Part shown: piece by piece, positions 45,764-58,177 of the stretch | Layout of the letters: the number at the start of each line of letters is the position of its first letter | How positions within the stretch are numbered: position 1 is the first letter of the stretch | Assembly (NCBI GenBank): GCA_051294905.1 | Contig: CM119371.1 | Coordinates: 19,594,001-19,654,000 of the forward strand | DNA from: Botryllus schlosseri | Taxonomy: Eukaryota | Length of the DNA stretch: 60,000 bases | Reading direction: 5' to 3' | The notes under the pieces: generated by a model | Told to the model about the DNA's origin: nothing | Seen by the model: only the letters and a program-made list of their open reading frames with translations | Databases searched by the model: none | Translations under genes and position numbers: made by a program

Positions 45764-46099
45764 TTACTGGCCAGGGTAAGTACCGTTCTGAGGTAAATTA
45801 CTCACGGACGTGGTTGTGTTGTCCCCGATCACTCGTCCTTGCGTCGTGGGTACGGAATGTCTTATGAAGATAACCGGGTCAGTTCTGTTGGTGATTACCA
45901 CAGCAAATCCGTTATGTGCGACATGTAGTAGTTCGGTCGTTGTAGTGACGTCGTCAGAGAGACCTTCAGGAGTCTTCGTAGGATAGAATACCGGCGCAAG
46001 GTGTGCGTAGATCGATGCCAATATTATAAGCAGAGATATAACAGAAGTGACTACCGTCACACGGAGCACAATTCTCACGAGGGTCGTCCTTGAGAACAT
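45764..46099 (-). CDS. Pre-gag ORF: putative type II membrane glycoprotein, 111 aa
   Basis: N-terminal TM segment VTVVTSVISLLIILASIYAHL; Thr-rich ectodomain with sequons NRT, NTT and NGT. Confidence 0.55.
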   Translation of the reverse strand: MFSRTTLVRIVLRVTVVTSVISLLIILASIYAHLAPVFYPTKTPEGLSDDVTTTTELLHVAHNGFAVVITNRTDPVIFIRHSVPTTQGRVIGDNTTTSVSNLPQNGTYPGQ

Positions 46100-46128
46100 C
46101 AAAAGGTCAATGTTTTTACACCGGAAGT

Positions 46129-46146
46129 ATCCCAGTGGTGCCTCCA
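46129..46146 (-). promoter_or_regulatory. Primer-binding site complementary to tRNA-Thr
   Basis: TGGAGGCACCACTGGGAT matches 17/18 to the complement of the metazoan tRNA-Thr(AGT) 3' end as recalled (TGGAGGCACCGCTGGGAT). Confidence 0.8.
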
Positions 46147-46148
46147 TT

Positions 46149-46450
46149 TGTGTCTTTATAGTGCAGCTCCATAACGATTGTTATGCGAGTCGTCTACACT
46201 TGGTTCGGATCACTTCACGGCAAAGAATTGACCTTTTATTGCACTGTACTGTCCAGACGACGTCCGTGGACGTTGATTGAAGTAGCAGTAGTTGCAGTAG
46301 TGGTATCTTTCAGCATCAGACAATGACCCTTAGGTCCAGAGTTCTAAACTAGCCTTATATAACGTGTGATTAGGCCTTAATACAACCAAATACTCCAATA
46401 TACGTCCCACTTAGACTTGAATATCATATCAATCCTTGATAAATCCTACA
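46149..46450 (-). repeat. Putative 5' LTR (start uncertain, 46450-46472)
   Basis: On the minus strand: TG start, TATATAA at about 46355-46361, AATAAA at 46235-46240, and a CA end at 46149 two nt before the PBS. Confidence 0.65.
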
Positions 46451-46937
46451 TATTTTACATCACATTTTCACAATTTGTGTGGAATATGCGCAGCCCGAAT
46501 CTAAAATGGGGCCGACTCAACACTGATTATTCCAGATTTGGTTTTTCGAAAACAACGTACATATATATTTTTATATTTTTAATCTGCCAAGAGCCATATT
46601 TTTCGGTCGTTCATACGAAAGATCCAGAAGTGGGTGGTGTTATAAGTCTGTAGCTACGGAGAATTAACGAATAACATCGGCCCTGTGTAAATGAACACAG
46701 CGGTCGACAATCGCCATGAATACTGCAAAAGCAAAATCAACTATTCTATGCTCTTTCCGCGGCCTTTCTACAATTCACCTATTCACATCCCAGTATAGCA
46801 CATTGGTTTCCGGTTCTTTTTGTGGAAAACGGACACCTCGCAACCCTATAACTTACATCCTATTCAATTGTCAATTCGTATGCTCGATCATGAATAAAAC
46901 TTATGAACAGGCCGTGTTAACCTGTCATATACTAGGA

Positions 46938-47820
46938 CAGTGGTTCCCAACCTTCTTCATATCGTTACCCCCAAGAAGAAAATGACGGATTGCAATCACC
47001 CCTTTTCAATAAATGACAAATTACAGCTTGCACTTAATTAAATCGAAGAACAGCACAGAGATGACGCCATAATGTACACTGAAAGTTACACTGTTAAAAA
47101 TATCAAGTCCATGCGAAGGCTGATGCTGTTTTCGTGTTATCCAGTGGTCAAATATAAACAAAGGGTATGATAATAATTGACAGCATCCCTCATGTAATTG
47201 TCAATCGCAAAATCATTCAGTTTGATAGAAAACCCTCCTTCATAGCAATAAGTTGAAGGAAATTCAATCACAAGGTTCAATGCCATACGAAGATTGGTTA
47301 TTCATTTTTGAAGGAGAACCCAGAAGGTTCGAAAATCTTCCCCTCGTTTCTTTAAAGGCATGTTGATGATTTCAAACTTAATTTTACAGACTAGACTAGA
47401 CCAGCACTACACTTTTCTATACTAACAAGTATATTTCTACGATATTGTTAACGCATTTTAGGTGTAAAGCTAAACTTAGACGCCCCTTGTTGTCTTTCAA
47501 TTTGTCAGCCTGCGCAACAATATATGATCCGCCCTACCACGAAATAAATTAGAATTACCTAGCCCTATACTGAACTACATTCGGCCCTGTTATTCGTAAT
47601 CACTAATGGTTACTATGATATCACAGCAGGCATGGTGTACTAAGTGAAACGAAATATATAGGTCCACAAGCTCGCAAAGACATATGTTAGCCTACATTCA
47701 TATTAACGTTTGGAAATACTTTGAACAGTGCAGCGTTATAAGTATAAAAATTTGAATTACCCCCCAGAAATTGGTAAATTACCCCTTTGGGGGTAATTAA
47801 CCCCTGGTTAAGAACCACTG
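46938..47820. mobile_element. hAT-type MITE
   Basis: TIRs CAGTGGTTCCCAACC and GGTTAAGAACCACTG; TSD TACTAGGA/TGCCAGGA. Confidence 0.75.
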
Positions 47821-50559
47821 TGCCAGGAGGTCAAATATAGCTTATCATTTATTTTTTATTGCCATTTTTCATATCTATTTCTTAACCCCTCTGGCATCAC
47901 CAAGGACTCTTATATTCACGGCGTAGAATGCTGTATAGTGCATTTATTAGCCTATATCAAACGAAAGTCGCTAAACATGCAGTGTCTGCTTTGTGTATGA
48001 TACGCTCCCATGTTTAATACGCACCCTTAAAATAGCATGCAAATTTTAGAAAGGCCTGCACCCATGTATATTACTTGTTCTGCGTCTCAATGGGCGAGTA
48101 GTTGCGATTTTAGGGTGCGCTATCATTGCGTATTTGCGATGCAGTTATTAAACGATCATTACTCAATCAGTGGAATATTCTTTGAACGATAGCGGATAGC
48201 AGCCAAAGCTCGCAAGGCCGGCAGAGCGATAGTTTCGGCTATCGACACTATATCTTGTACACGATGTCCATGACAAGTGTGATAGGTCAGGCCAACGATT
48301 ATGTCGTGCGTACCAGGCCTGCCGATGATGCGACCGATCGCGAAAGCATTTGTATCCTGCGAACATGGCATACTATATGTGCGATTGGGGGGGCCTGTCG
48401 TTGACGTGATGAATTGGCGATTACTGCCGCGTGCGCGCTGCGATCAGTCATAAAGAATCCGATAATTTAACTGCCTCAGTGTTTTGAGTTGGACATCTTC
48501 TTAGTATACTTTACATAATAGCATCTTAGCTCATACAACGAAATGGTTTTTAGCTCAGAATTACCCTTTACTGACCGCTATCAATTTTGTTAGCATACTC
48601 TCCACGCAAGGTCCGCTGCAACAATTCTATTCGCCTTGGGCACCTCAGAGCAAGATCGGGAAAGATCGGGAGCCACCTCAAGACGTACACCAATCGTCCA
48701 TTGATCCATACCACAGGTTTGTCTTACACAATTAGTGTTTAGTATTTGATATTTTCCTGGCAATGGCGCACAAAATTAGATTGAAGACATAATATTTCAA
48801 AAGACACCCCCCATTAAAAAAACGCTGTTTAAAATACGTTTTGAACAAGGTGTTTCAAAATAACGCCTGATCCAAATGCAATCCCAACGGCAACGCCGAT
48901 CAGTTACCACGGCAACAGGCGGGATAGCCAGTAGTGTAAAAATTGATCTGGTTTTAATTGGCAATTTGACACTACCCATGACGCGAAAACACGCATATGT
49001 GCGTGTTTACGCCCATATTTCCTTGCATTCACCATTCATTGCATTCATCTTCAGGGACCCTCAATGGTGTTCAATTTCTATAAAGTCTTGCGGTTCTATA
49101 GCGTTGAAATTCTATAGCTTTACAATTCTCACGGGTCGCTGTTTTTTTTCATTTGTACTATCGTCGTCACGTGTGGCATATGTAACTAATTTCGCCTAGT
49201 GCATGGTATTCGTCTAATAGATATCAGGTCCCAAACCCTAAATACAAAATACTTAAAACGCTTGACGCCTGTTAGTTAGCGAGTCCGCAACATCGCGCAA
49301 ATGCCAACCAACCATCATTCTACCCCCCTCAACTAAACTGCATTGCGCGCATATCCACCAAATATATATATATATATTTTTTTTCTTTTTGGCCCATAAT
49401 AGTCTCGTAAACTAGGTCGCGAAATAGGTTAGTAGGTTTGTGTATATCCGCGAATTGACGTCATTCCTGCGCAAGGTGCACATCTACCCTGTGCGATCAA
49501 GTCATAATTACCAATTATCGGGAAATGGAGCAATACAGCTCCGACGTTGTTATCATAAGCAAACAATTGTCGCGATGTTAGATCCGGAACCTCATTGTGA
49601 TGTACGCCGGTAGGGGAATTCGATTAGAGATAGAGCTTCGGAGCTGGAGTCAGTTCTTTAGGGGTAGCGACGGCTTCGACGTATTTCATAAGATGCCATT
49701 GTATATGTAATGACCATATCTGCTGAGTTAACATAATTCAACAGCAGGCCTTTTCCCCCCTTTGGCGCTATCGTTCCCGACTAACCATGTTCTTGGGGAT
49801 TCAACAGCAAGGCAGTCGTATGTTCCATATTCAATTTTCATACATTAGTGCTCAACCTCGGTATGCGAATTACGCCTGTGAATATTGTGGATATTCTGCA
49901 TACCCGCAATTTCATCATCAGCACAACCTTATTGGCCAATTATAACGTTAACGAGTACAGTGCCAGTGTTAAAACGCCGCATCAGAATTTTAATGCTGTA
50001 TACTGTACAGCATTGGCACGAAGCAAAGTGGGTTCCAGTGCAACTATGACGTTAGCGACAATTGACAAGTATTCATTATATCGCCACAAGCCGGCACAGC
50101 GGCACCCATGTACCGTTGCCGCATCCGATTTTACTGACGGCCAACAGACTCCAGATTACTATAGATAACCAACTTACGGGTAAATTAATCAAACTACTCA
50201 GAATTGCTTCACATGCCGCATGCGGTCTGCTGGCCTTATGCTCGACATCGCTATCCTAGGCCATCATTGTTCGAGAAATTGACAAGAATAAGAAAAGTCG
50301 CGGTATGCCATGCTATAGCGTCTCAAAGTTTCCAAATTGCAACTGTGTTGATGACAGCATAATCTTTGCTCAGATTATAGAAGAACCTACAAAAGAGCAT
50401 GGCCCAAAGTACAGTCCTTCAACTGCTGCTGAAGTTTTGATGAAGCCCTCTTCATTCAGGCAGTTGCTGACTGATGATATCCACAAGAAAGACTGGATTC
50501 CCGTCATTATCCACACTTACTTTTTTTTTTTACGTGTTCCCGCACCAAATAAACCTGAT

Positions 50560-50945
50560 TCAAATTTACTGGTCTCAGGAGCTTAAAACTGCTGCAAGGG
50601 ACCAGACGAGTATATTGATATTACAGCAGATTTCTGTTGCCTTTAGTTACGGAAATTTTCCGTAAAACTTCCTACGGTCAGCATATGTAAAATCATATTA
50701 CGGGGAGAGTTATTTCGAATTTACTGGTCTCATCAGCGTAAAACTGCTGCACTGGACCAGACCAGTAACTTGGTATTACAGCCGTTTTTCGTTACATCAG
50801 GTAACGGGAATTTTTCCGTAAAAACTTTAACAGTCAATCTTTGTAAAAAAAAATTACGGTCAATAATATTTTACGGGAAAATATTTTTCAAATTCACCGG
50901 TCTCAGAGTCGTAAAACTGCTGCCAAGACCAGACCAGTAATTTGG
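50560..50945. repeat. Three diverged units of about 160 bp (probable DNA-transposon subterminal repeats)
   Basis: AATTTACTGGTCTCA...TAAAACTGCTGC...GACCAGACCAGTA occurs at about 50563, 50719 and 50891. Confidence 0.75.
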
Positions 50946-53900
50946 CATAGAATATTCTCAACAGTGTATTTCATCGTTGACGATCTTTCTGTGAGCACAA
51001 ACGCGAAAATAAACCCTCTCTCGCAATTGCTAATCGGCTAAATCCGGCACTTTTTCATTTTCAGATGGGGCAGTCTCCAGAGAAAAAAATCGTGTGACAA
51101 TTAAACACGTGAAGCACGAAGAACGATTTCACCACTTTTTTAGTCTATTGCAATGTACGACGATTTACCAAAAATGTGACTGCTAGACCCTCGATCTGCC
51201 AATGCGTATGAGTTGACATTTCAGTCATCATCATCCAAGTGTCGCGGCCACGCCGACTATATTTTTGGCTGGCCCTGCGAGCCCACAATCTGAGCCATTC
51301 AATTTTGATAATAATATATTGAAAGTTAGCTCACGCGCTACTCAAACCCACTCGCGGGTCACATATGGTGTTTACGTACATTTGTCACTCACACCCATGC
51401 TAGTAGGTGTGATCAAATATTGCACCGTTCTTTCATGCAACTATGAAGATTTTCTCCCTTTTAAAAAAATTAGTTTTGTGCTTTGATTTTCCAAAACTTG
51501 ACCTTTGGAGTGTGGAATCTGTGTCGGTCAGGAACCCGGATAAATGAACAGGGATGCGACAAGTGTGCACTGCTAAATGTATCCTTGTGGAAAATTTAGC
51601 CGAATCATAATGCTGCTCACCGTATAAGAAGTGAGCACCCATCTGCTGAAGTAAGCTGTAGGTTGTATAGGGTATTGTCTTTCGAGGGTGAACTATCAAT
51701 TGGAACGCGTGGTTTTGCCCACTTTATTGTTGTTCGTATCTCTAAATTATACGGTCTGTGCGCCGGCATCAGATATATCATTGACGAGAATATCAAATTC
51801 GTTGATTTTTTTGACCACCGCAAGATCCAGATCGGTTGCAACACAGCACCTGGAACGGGTATCGCAAAGCAACTCACGTTAGTGATTTAGTGAGCTAGCC
51901 ATTGCTCCTCAACCCCCGAATGACGCGCAATGAAATAGGTATGGTCCAAATGAATGGCACTGAATCATCTTCGACGTGACGTCGAATTGGCATTACATTT
52001 TATAGTAATGGTTTTTGATGTAATTTTCCCTATTCTCTGATTTAAATTAAAATTAGTGTTATAGCTTCAAGGTTTTCTGTTCCAAGTCAACCTAGAAATT
52101 AGGGTTGCAGCTGCAGTTATATATATATATTATTTTTTTTTTAAACTTAGATTGTATTTGTAATAACTATATTTCCAATATTACAACTCCGAAACTTAAT
52201 CTTGTTCAGTTCATGTCAAATCATGTTCAGTCTACCAGTCAATCAGGTCCATCATTTTATTCCTATAAGCACGAGATTGACGAATGTCTCAACAGTAAGT
52301 CTCGCTTGTTTTTCACTACGCAGTGTCCCCGCATTATCTCCAGAAGCGCCGGGAACCAAATCAGAATCAATATCAGGGAACTAAATCAGAATTAATATCA
52401 GAGCTTGAATTCATTTCGCAAATTAGATCAGAATTAGATTACCGTATGAGCACCCCGCTCCAATAAGACTAAAATTTACTAGCTATCCAAGTCTACCCAA
52501 TCAGAATGATGTTACTGTTTTAGTATCGCCGCTGACATCGATCGTACGTAGGCTAAACGTTTTCTTTATTTGTTACCCTAATACGTTTTTAATTATTGCG
52601 GTTTGCGTGACCTAATTCCATATGTTGAGAAGTTCTCGTGTCAGAACGAAGCCAGGAATTGTTACGTGTTAGTTGCCTGTGATTCGTAAACTAAAAAATC
52701 TTTGCCGCGCGATTATTTGTGACACGAGATCCGATTTCAATCTTTTGCGAATGATATTCAGGACAATCCCGAGGAGAACGAAGTTAAAGAGATTCCCGAC
52801 AATCCAAAGGACAGGGAAGACAAGCGGGACGAAGCGGCCCATAAGCGAAGATCAAAACTACAGGCCATCCAGGATTTTCTGCATCTCAACTGAGAGGTAA
52901 CGTGTTATAAATTTTACTATGACTCCCGATCCCTGGCTCAAGGTGCGATTTTCAAAAGATAAGAGGTGTGACCGCAAATTCGAATTCTTCATTATGCAGT
53001 ACAACATTTCCCGAACCCTTTCGACTTGTAGTTTTTCGTTGACTCCAAAAATCGCCTTCTAAACAGTAGTGGTCAAAATTGACCGAGCGCTTCCCCTTAC
53101 AGCACCTAAGTAGCTTTATCTACTATTTTCACATACCCGAGTGGTCCCTTTATTTATATTACTTACGCGTAGTAATAATTTTAAAGACTCGAGTCGTGTA
53201 ACAAAACACAATTTTTTGTGAGTACCGTAAACCGGGGCAACTTTGGACATTAAATAGTAAAAGGTTACGGTAGCTAAATTATAGTTTTACGGCGGAATGT
53301 GGCCGTACGACCGCGAGTACCCTTGGCACCCTTGGTCTGACCGAATTCAGGATGAACACTTGAGCAATGCTGCAACGTATTGGGAATGCTAAACACGAAT
53401 CTGAGCTGTAGCGGTGATTTCCTCAAGAATCATTAGACAGATATCGCAAGCTGAGCACATGCTAGCTCCACCCTGTGTCAAAGAGAACTTCTAAGTCCAT
53501 GACCATAGGTTAAATGATGAGAAACATTTGCTTACGGCCTCACATTTTAAGATATTACACATCCAGTCAACCTGCCCTGAAGCATAAACCGGCGTATTTA
53601 TTGTGATAACTATAGTCACCGACTTCTCGGTTCATTTGCGGATCCGGTACATCCCACTACACCCCATTCGAGTGGTACACCCCCTTTTAAATATATTATG
53701 GTACACCCTGAGGTGTGCGAAAACCCCGGTTGGAGATCACTGCCTTAGACGATTCGAGGTGCAATGGCACGCTACGCTGCATAGCATAGTGTAATTTTAG
53801 ATCTAATAAAAAAGGTATCAGAGCATAGCAACAACAACTTACACACTTTACAGCGCGAGGGGATAAACACTTTGATGTATTTTAAGGCAGGTATAGTATG

Positions 53901-54382
53901 AGGCGATTGCGAAAAACAGTAGCTCCAATCACAGGGTAGGGCGGTACGAAATTTGATTATTTATGTGCTACAAATTAACTCCCGAATTCTTGGTAGGTAT
54001 CGATAAATTTTGAGGTTTTCTTCGCACCGCTCCCGAGTCAATATGACTTCATTTTCGATTTTAATATAGTTTGGCCCTTAGTGATTATATCCCTACATTA
54101 CAGATACGGGCAGCAGAGGGAGATGATGCGCGCCATATAGAAACACAAATTGGACTCGTGTACCCCTCACTGCAACTACAATCTTGATAGGAAACTCCAG
54201 GTCAGTGCACTTCTGTATCCTGTTTGCCCCCTCAATAAGTTATGTATCAGACAACCAACACTTTAACCACACAAATCTACGTTAACGAGTTATCCGACTC
54301 AAACACAACTCCAAAAACGAACATTCAAACAGTACTAAAGACTTGCGCAAACCTTCTCGCCCCCACCTAATACTATTCTTTA

Positions 54383-55064
54383 TCAACAGTTTAGTTTTTC
54401 CTGCCACGCGATAGTTGTTATACACGATTTTTGGTTATTTCGTCGAGCAACACCTCTAAAATATTTTTGAGACCCGTTATTGCAGTACTTTCTGTAAATA
54501 ACATATATTAATAAGAATACGACAGACATGCATACTGCGACAATTATGGAATGAATGTTTCCCGGATTTATCAATCCTCCGCCATTGTATAATTTAGTAA
54601 AAATGTTTCTTACCGTGTAAGTCCGTTCAAGTATTTGTAAGTTATACAACTCTTCGTAAAAATCAAAATCACTTTGGATCAAAATCAAAATCACTTTGGA
54701 TCAGTCAGTCATATGCGGTGTTCTGCGATGTGCTGTGCTCATTGAAGATCGTCCTCTTTAGTACTGTGTTTCCTGATCCGATCGGCAGAGTCTGTCTGTT
54801 GGTAGTTGACGACAAGATCGCCGTATCGTCCCTCGGATCAATTGTTGTTGGTCCAGATGTGCCATCTCCTGATGAAATTGAAGTGGTTATTTTGGAACTT
54901 ACCTTTCGATCATGCTGTTGGAGTTGGTGATCCGGCCCGGTGATGGAGAGGTGCGTATTCGTCACATAGTACGGATCTGTTTCGGTTGTTCTTCCAGCCC
55001 GTTTTGTTTCCATCACATCTACGCGGCGTTGCATTGATATTGTGCGTCGATGATTTACGCGCAA
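54383..55064 (-). pseudogene. 3' accessory-ORF region of a second, decayed related retroelement (Thr/Asp-rich ORF plus small membrane ORF)
   Basis: The 54383..54694 product aligns by eye with the 40230..40505 product, and the ORF order is the same. Confidence 0.5.
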
Positions 55065-56410
55065 TGGTTGCGTATAAGGCTTGGTTTTTAGGTTAATTTC
55101 GAACGTCTCTAGTAGTCGTTTCTAAGGCATTTTTTACATTTCATTTTTCGCACCAATAGTCCGTGCTCCCTTAGAAACCATACGTAATCACCTACGTTGG
55201 GCAACGCTCCCGCTTGAATTGATCGCAATACGTTGTATGTCCTTCCATGAACGCCTACGTAAGCTAAATGGTAGGGCATGTGCAGGTTTTCGCTTTTCGG
55301 GTATCTGCTGTTTCTTGTGGGGAAACGCCATTTTTTTTCAACAGCGCGTCGCTAGACGGTTCTCTCCTATCTGTTTCCGTGCTATGGTTAGGCAGGGCGG
55401 ATAATTTACTTGCTCCATATAAGATCTAGTGAATTTAAAAACCTTCATTTCAATGTTCATGTACAGCACACATCTTATTAAAGTGAAACATTCACACTCC
55501 TATCGCACACCCACAATTCAGTGTTCCACACTGGCGCCGTCTCTATTTACGGCGCTTACTACACTTGAACCGAATTTTATGTAGGCCTACCATCAATCAC
55601 TGTTATTAGTAACGATATTGCCAAAATTTGACATTATTTGCAAATTGCAATTCAGTTGCATAGAGGAAAAAATCACATTATATGCGTCTTTGCGACGCAG
55701 TCACAAATTGATGCAAATTTTGGAATTATACCATGATACTGTGACAGAGTAAAATACATCGCCTGGTTTTGTAAAATATCGATGTGAATATATCTAAACG
55801 CTGCTAATATTCCTCACTTTTAACAGTTTCCGGTCGCATTTTCAAGTACCAGTACCAATAGACCAAATCCCAATAGGGTGGTTACTTTACTATTCTTCGA
55901 AATTACAATGAAACGTCGGCATTGGCCGTGTGAGTCAATACACAGAATGACTCGAGTCGAGTCGAGTCATTTCCGTATTTTGAGAAAACGACTCGAGTCA
56001 CGTCGAGTCCTCAGAAAATCGTGACTCGAGTCATTGCAACCCTGCATTTAACCGTCACTGTGTCATATAATTTTCGAAGTACATTAGTACTATTGTTAGA
56101 GTTCTCTTAAGAAAGTAGCCGGAGTCGGTACGTTTAAGACTCAGTAGTCGGAGTCGTAGTTGGAGTCGACTCCCCACTGCCCTGCCAGTAAGAAATGCGA
56201 TATTGTAGCTTTGATGAAAACGAGTAGGAATACCAGAAGCCAGAATAAGAACCCGAAGCAGCATGGGGCCTATCAGACGGTAAAACATAACGAATTCCTG
56301 TGACTACGGAACTTGTTTCAGAAAAAAAAACCTTTGTAGGATTCCAGTCTGCTAGAGCAAAAAGATTCTGATCATGTAGTTCTCCATCGACAGATTTGGC
56401 TCCCTCGGTA

Positions 56411-56681
56411 ATGGATTGCATTATCTTCGCGTTATCGCTGTCCTTGGTGACGGCAGCTCATGGGCAGAGCGAATCCGTCTGTGCTAAGCTACTGGGCTTT
56501 TATCAAACAACTTGTTCGCCCGGCGTAGAGGAGAGGCTATCCATTGCTGTACAGGGCCCGCCCGGCAAACGTGGTGCGCACGGTGAAAAAGGAGACCGGG
56601 GAAGTCCGGGTAGAACCGGTGTATCCGCCGAGATTGACTACGATCGAGTTGAAAGCATCATATCAGGGATATTTGCGGAAG
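56411..56681 (+). CDS. First coding exon of a secreted short-collagen protein (collectin/ficolin-like)
   Basis: Signal peptide MDCIIFALSLSLVTAAHG, two Cys, and Gly-X-Y GPPGKRGAHGEKGDRGSPGRTG. The exon ends at the donor AAG|GTGACT. Confidence 0.8.
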
Positions 56682-56894
56682 GTGACTTAGGCTAAATCGT
56701 CATAAATCAGTTAACACCGAGCATGGATTTAAAATTATAAACCGACATATTCCGGAGATTAACCGCAGAGATGGTCATCATCGAAGTATTTCCAGGTATT
56801 CGGAGTATTCAAGTGGATTTGGTCTACATAGACTATACTTACCCAAATGGTTATGCTTTTCTACTACATTCATTTCGACTTGAATATTTTAGAA

Positions 56895-58177
56895 CAGTGG
56901 TTCCCAACCTTTTTGTCTTCATTCCCACTTCCCCGCCAAAAAACGTTGATCTTGGTCCCCCACAGTGTGATAAACCTAACTTCTGGGGGTAAAGCCCCCC
57001 AGGACCCCTCGGTAAATATGATCGGGAATTGCATGTACTTTGTTATCAATTTTTTGTTCCCTCTCTGCTCACGAAATAAGATTTACCGGTAGAGCTGAGT
57101 GAGGTGTGTTGGAAAAGATAGGACCCCTAAATAAGAATTAAACATTTTGAGGCGGACCCCTTCGTACATTGACTTCATTACATTATGCTATTTCGTGACC
57201 TCCTATATCTGCTATGTCAAAAGATAAGGCACACACGATTTCAAATTGGTATTGCTTTACTGGCAAATAATTTTCCCTGCGGGATGGCATTTGCCCTGTG
57301 GGGTTCATATCGCCAGGACAGGAACATTCGGCGCAAGCTATTTAGCCGCCTATGGACAATTAAACTTATATGTATATTGTATATATATCGAAGTTTTCGG
57401 TCATCAAAAAGCCATTCCATCTCGGCCAAGGTCTTCTCGCTGCTGATCGTTCTGGCACATTTCTCGGAGTTGCATGTTACATGGCCTTGGTGCGTCGTGG
57501 CGCAGTAATGGCCGACGCCGAAGTCTCCATTTCTATAAATTCTACGTATTTTCGTTTGGGAAGGATACCGAATAATCAGATATTCGACAATGTTAAACCG
57601 CGCACCCAGCGCGAAAATTGTTTGATAAAGTGGCTTAAATTTCTGAAAAAAAAACTTTGATTTATGTTAATTCACGAAATAATTGTGGGCCTCTTCGTGC
57701 TCGCCCCCTTCCCAATTGGGGGTTTGGGGTCCGTCAGTTACGGTCCTGCTCCCCACTTCCCAGCACTTTTGTCATCACAGAGCAGCTATCCGCTGGTTTG
57801 ACTACACAAGACATACAACCACACCAAGTACGCAAGACGATCGCCTTTACCTGCAACATAAAACGTATTGTGAACCGATTCCAGTAACGCTCAAAATGTC
57901 GCGAAAGCGTTATTACACGTCAAACTAGTCGTGCTGGATGCGTTTGTGACGCTATGATTGTTGATCTAGAGTTAAAAATGAGGTTTTGTGAGCAACACGC
58001 AATATAATTTTCGATACATACATTCCAGAGCAGTTGACTGGTAACGGTAATTGCGCATGTGTCTCCGTGAATATGTATACTGTCCTGTATATAATTTTGA
58101 ACAAATGCGTCTATTCGCCACCAGAAATCATTGAATTTTCCACCAGTGGGGAATTCCCCACCGTTTGGGAACCACTG
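56895..58177. mobile_element. Non-autonomous hAT element
   Basis: TIRs CAGTGGTTCCCAA and TTGGGAACCACTG; perfect TSD TTTTAGAA. It shares an internal block with 32590-32960. Confidence 0.9.

Larger units (their letters stand above)
39700..46450 (-). mobile_element. Retrovirus-like Ty3/Gypsy LTR element, internally deleted (RT/RH/IN lost), 3' LTR not found; boundaries approximate
   Basis: LTR-like block, tRNA-Thr PBS, gag with CCHC, -1 slippery site, aspartic protease and an RT N-terminal remnant. Confidence 0.85.
39392..56184. mobile_element. hAT-type non-autonomous element expanded to 16.8 kb by nested content
   Basis: Ends CAGGGCTGTGGAGTC and GACTCCCCACTGCCCTG, GGAGTC subterminal repeats at both ends, and a perfect TSD CCAGTAAG (39384-39391 and 56185-56192). 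Confidence 0.82.

Noticed and set aside
51433..51890. Overlapping short ORFs as a possible host exon
   Set aside because: No recognisable motif, stops in candidate frames, and the region lies inside a transposon-bounded block.
55532..55556. TGGCGCCGT as a primer-binding site
   Set aside because: It is on the wrong strand for the adjacent ORFs and shows no extended tRNA complementarity that I recognise.
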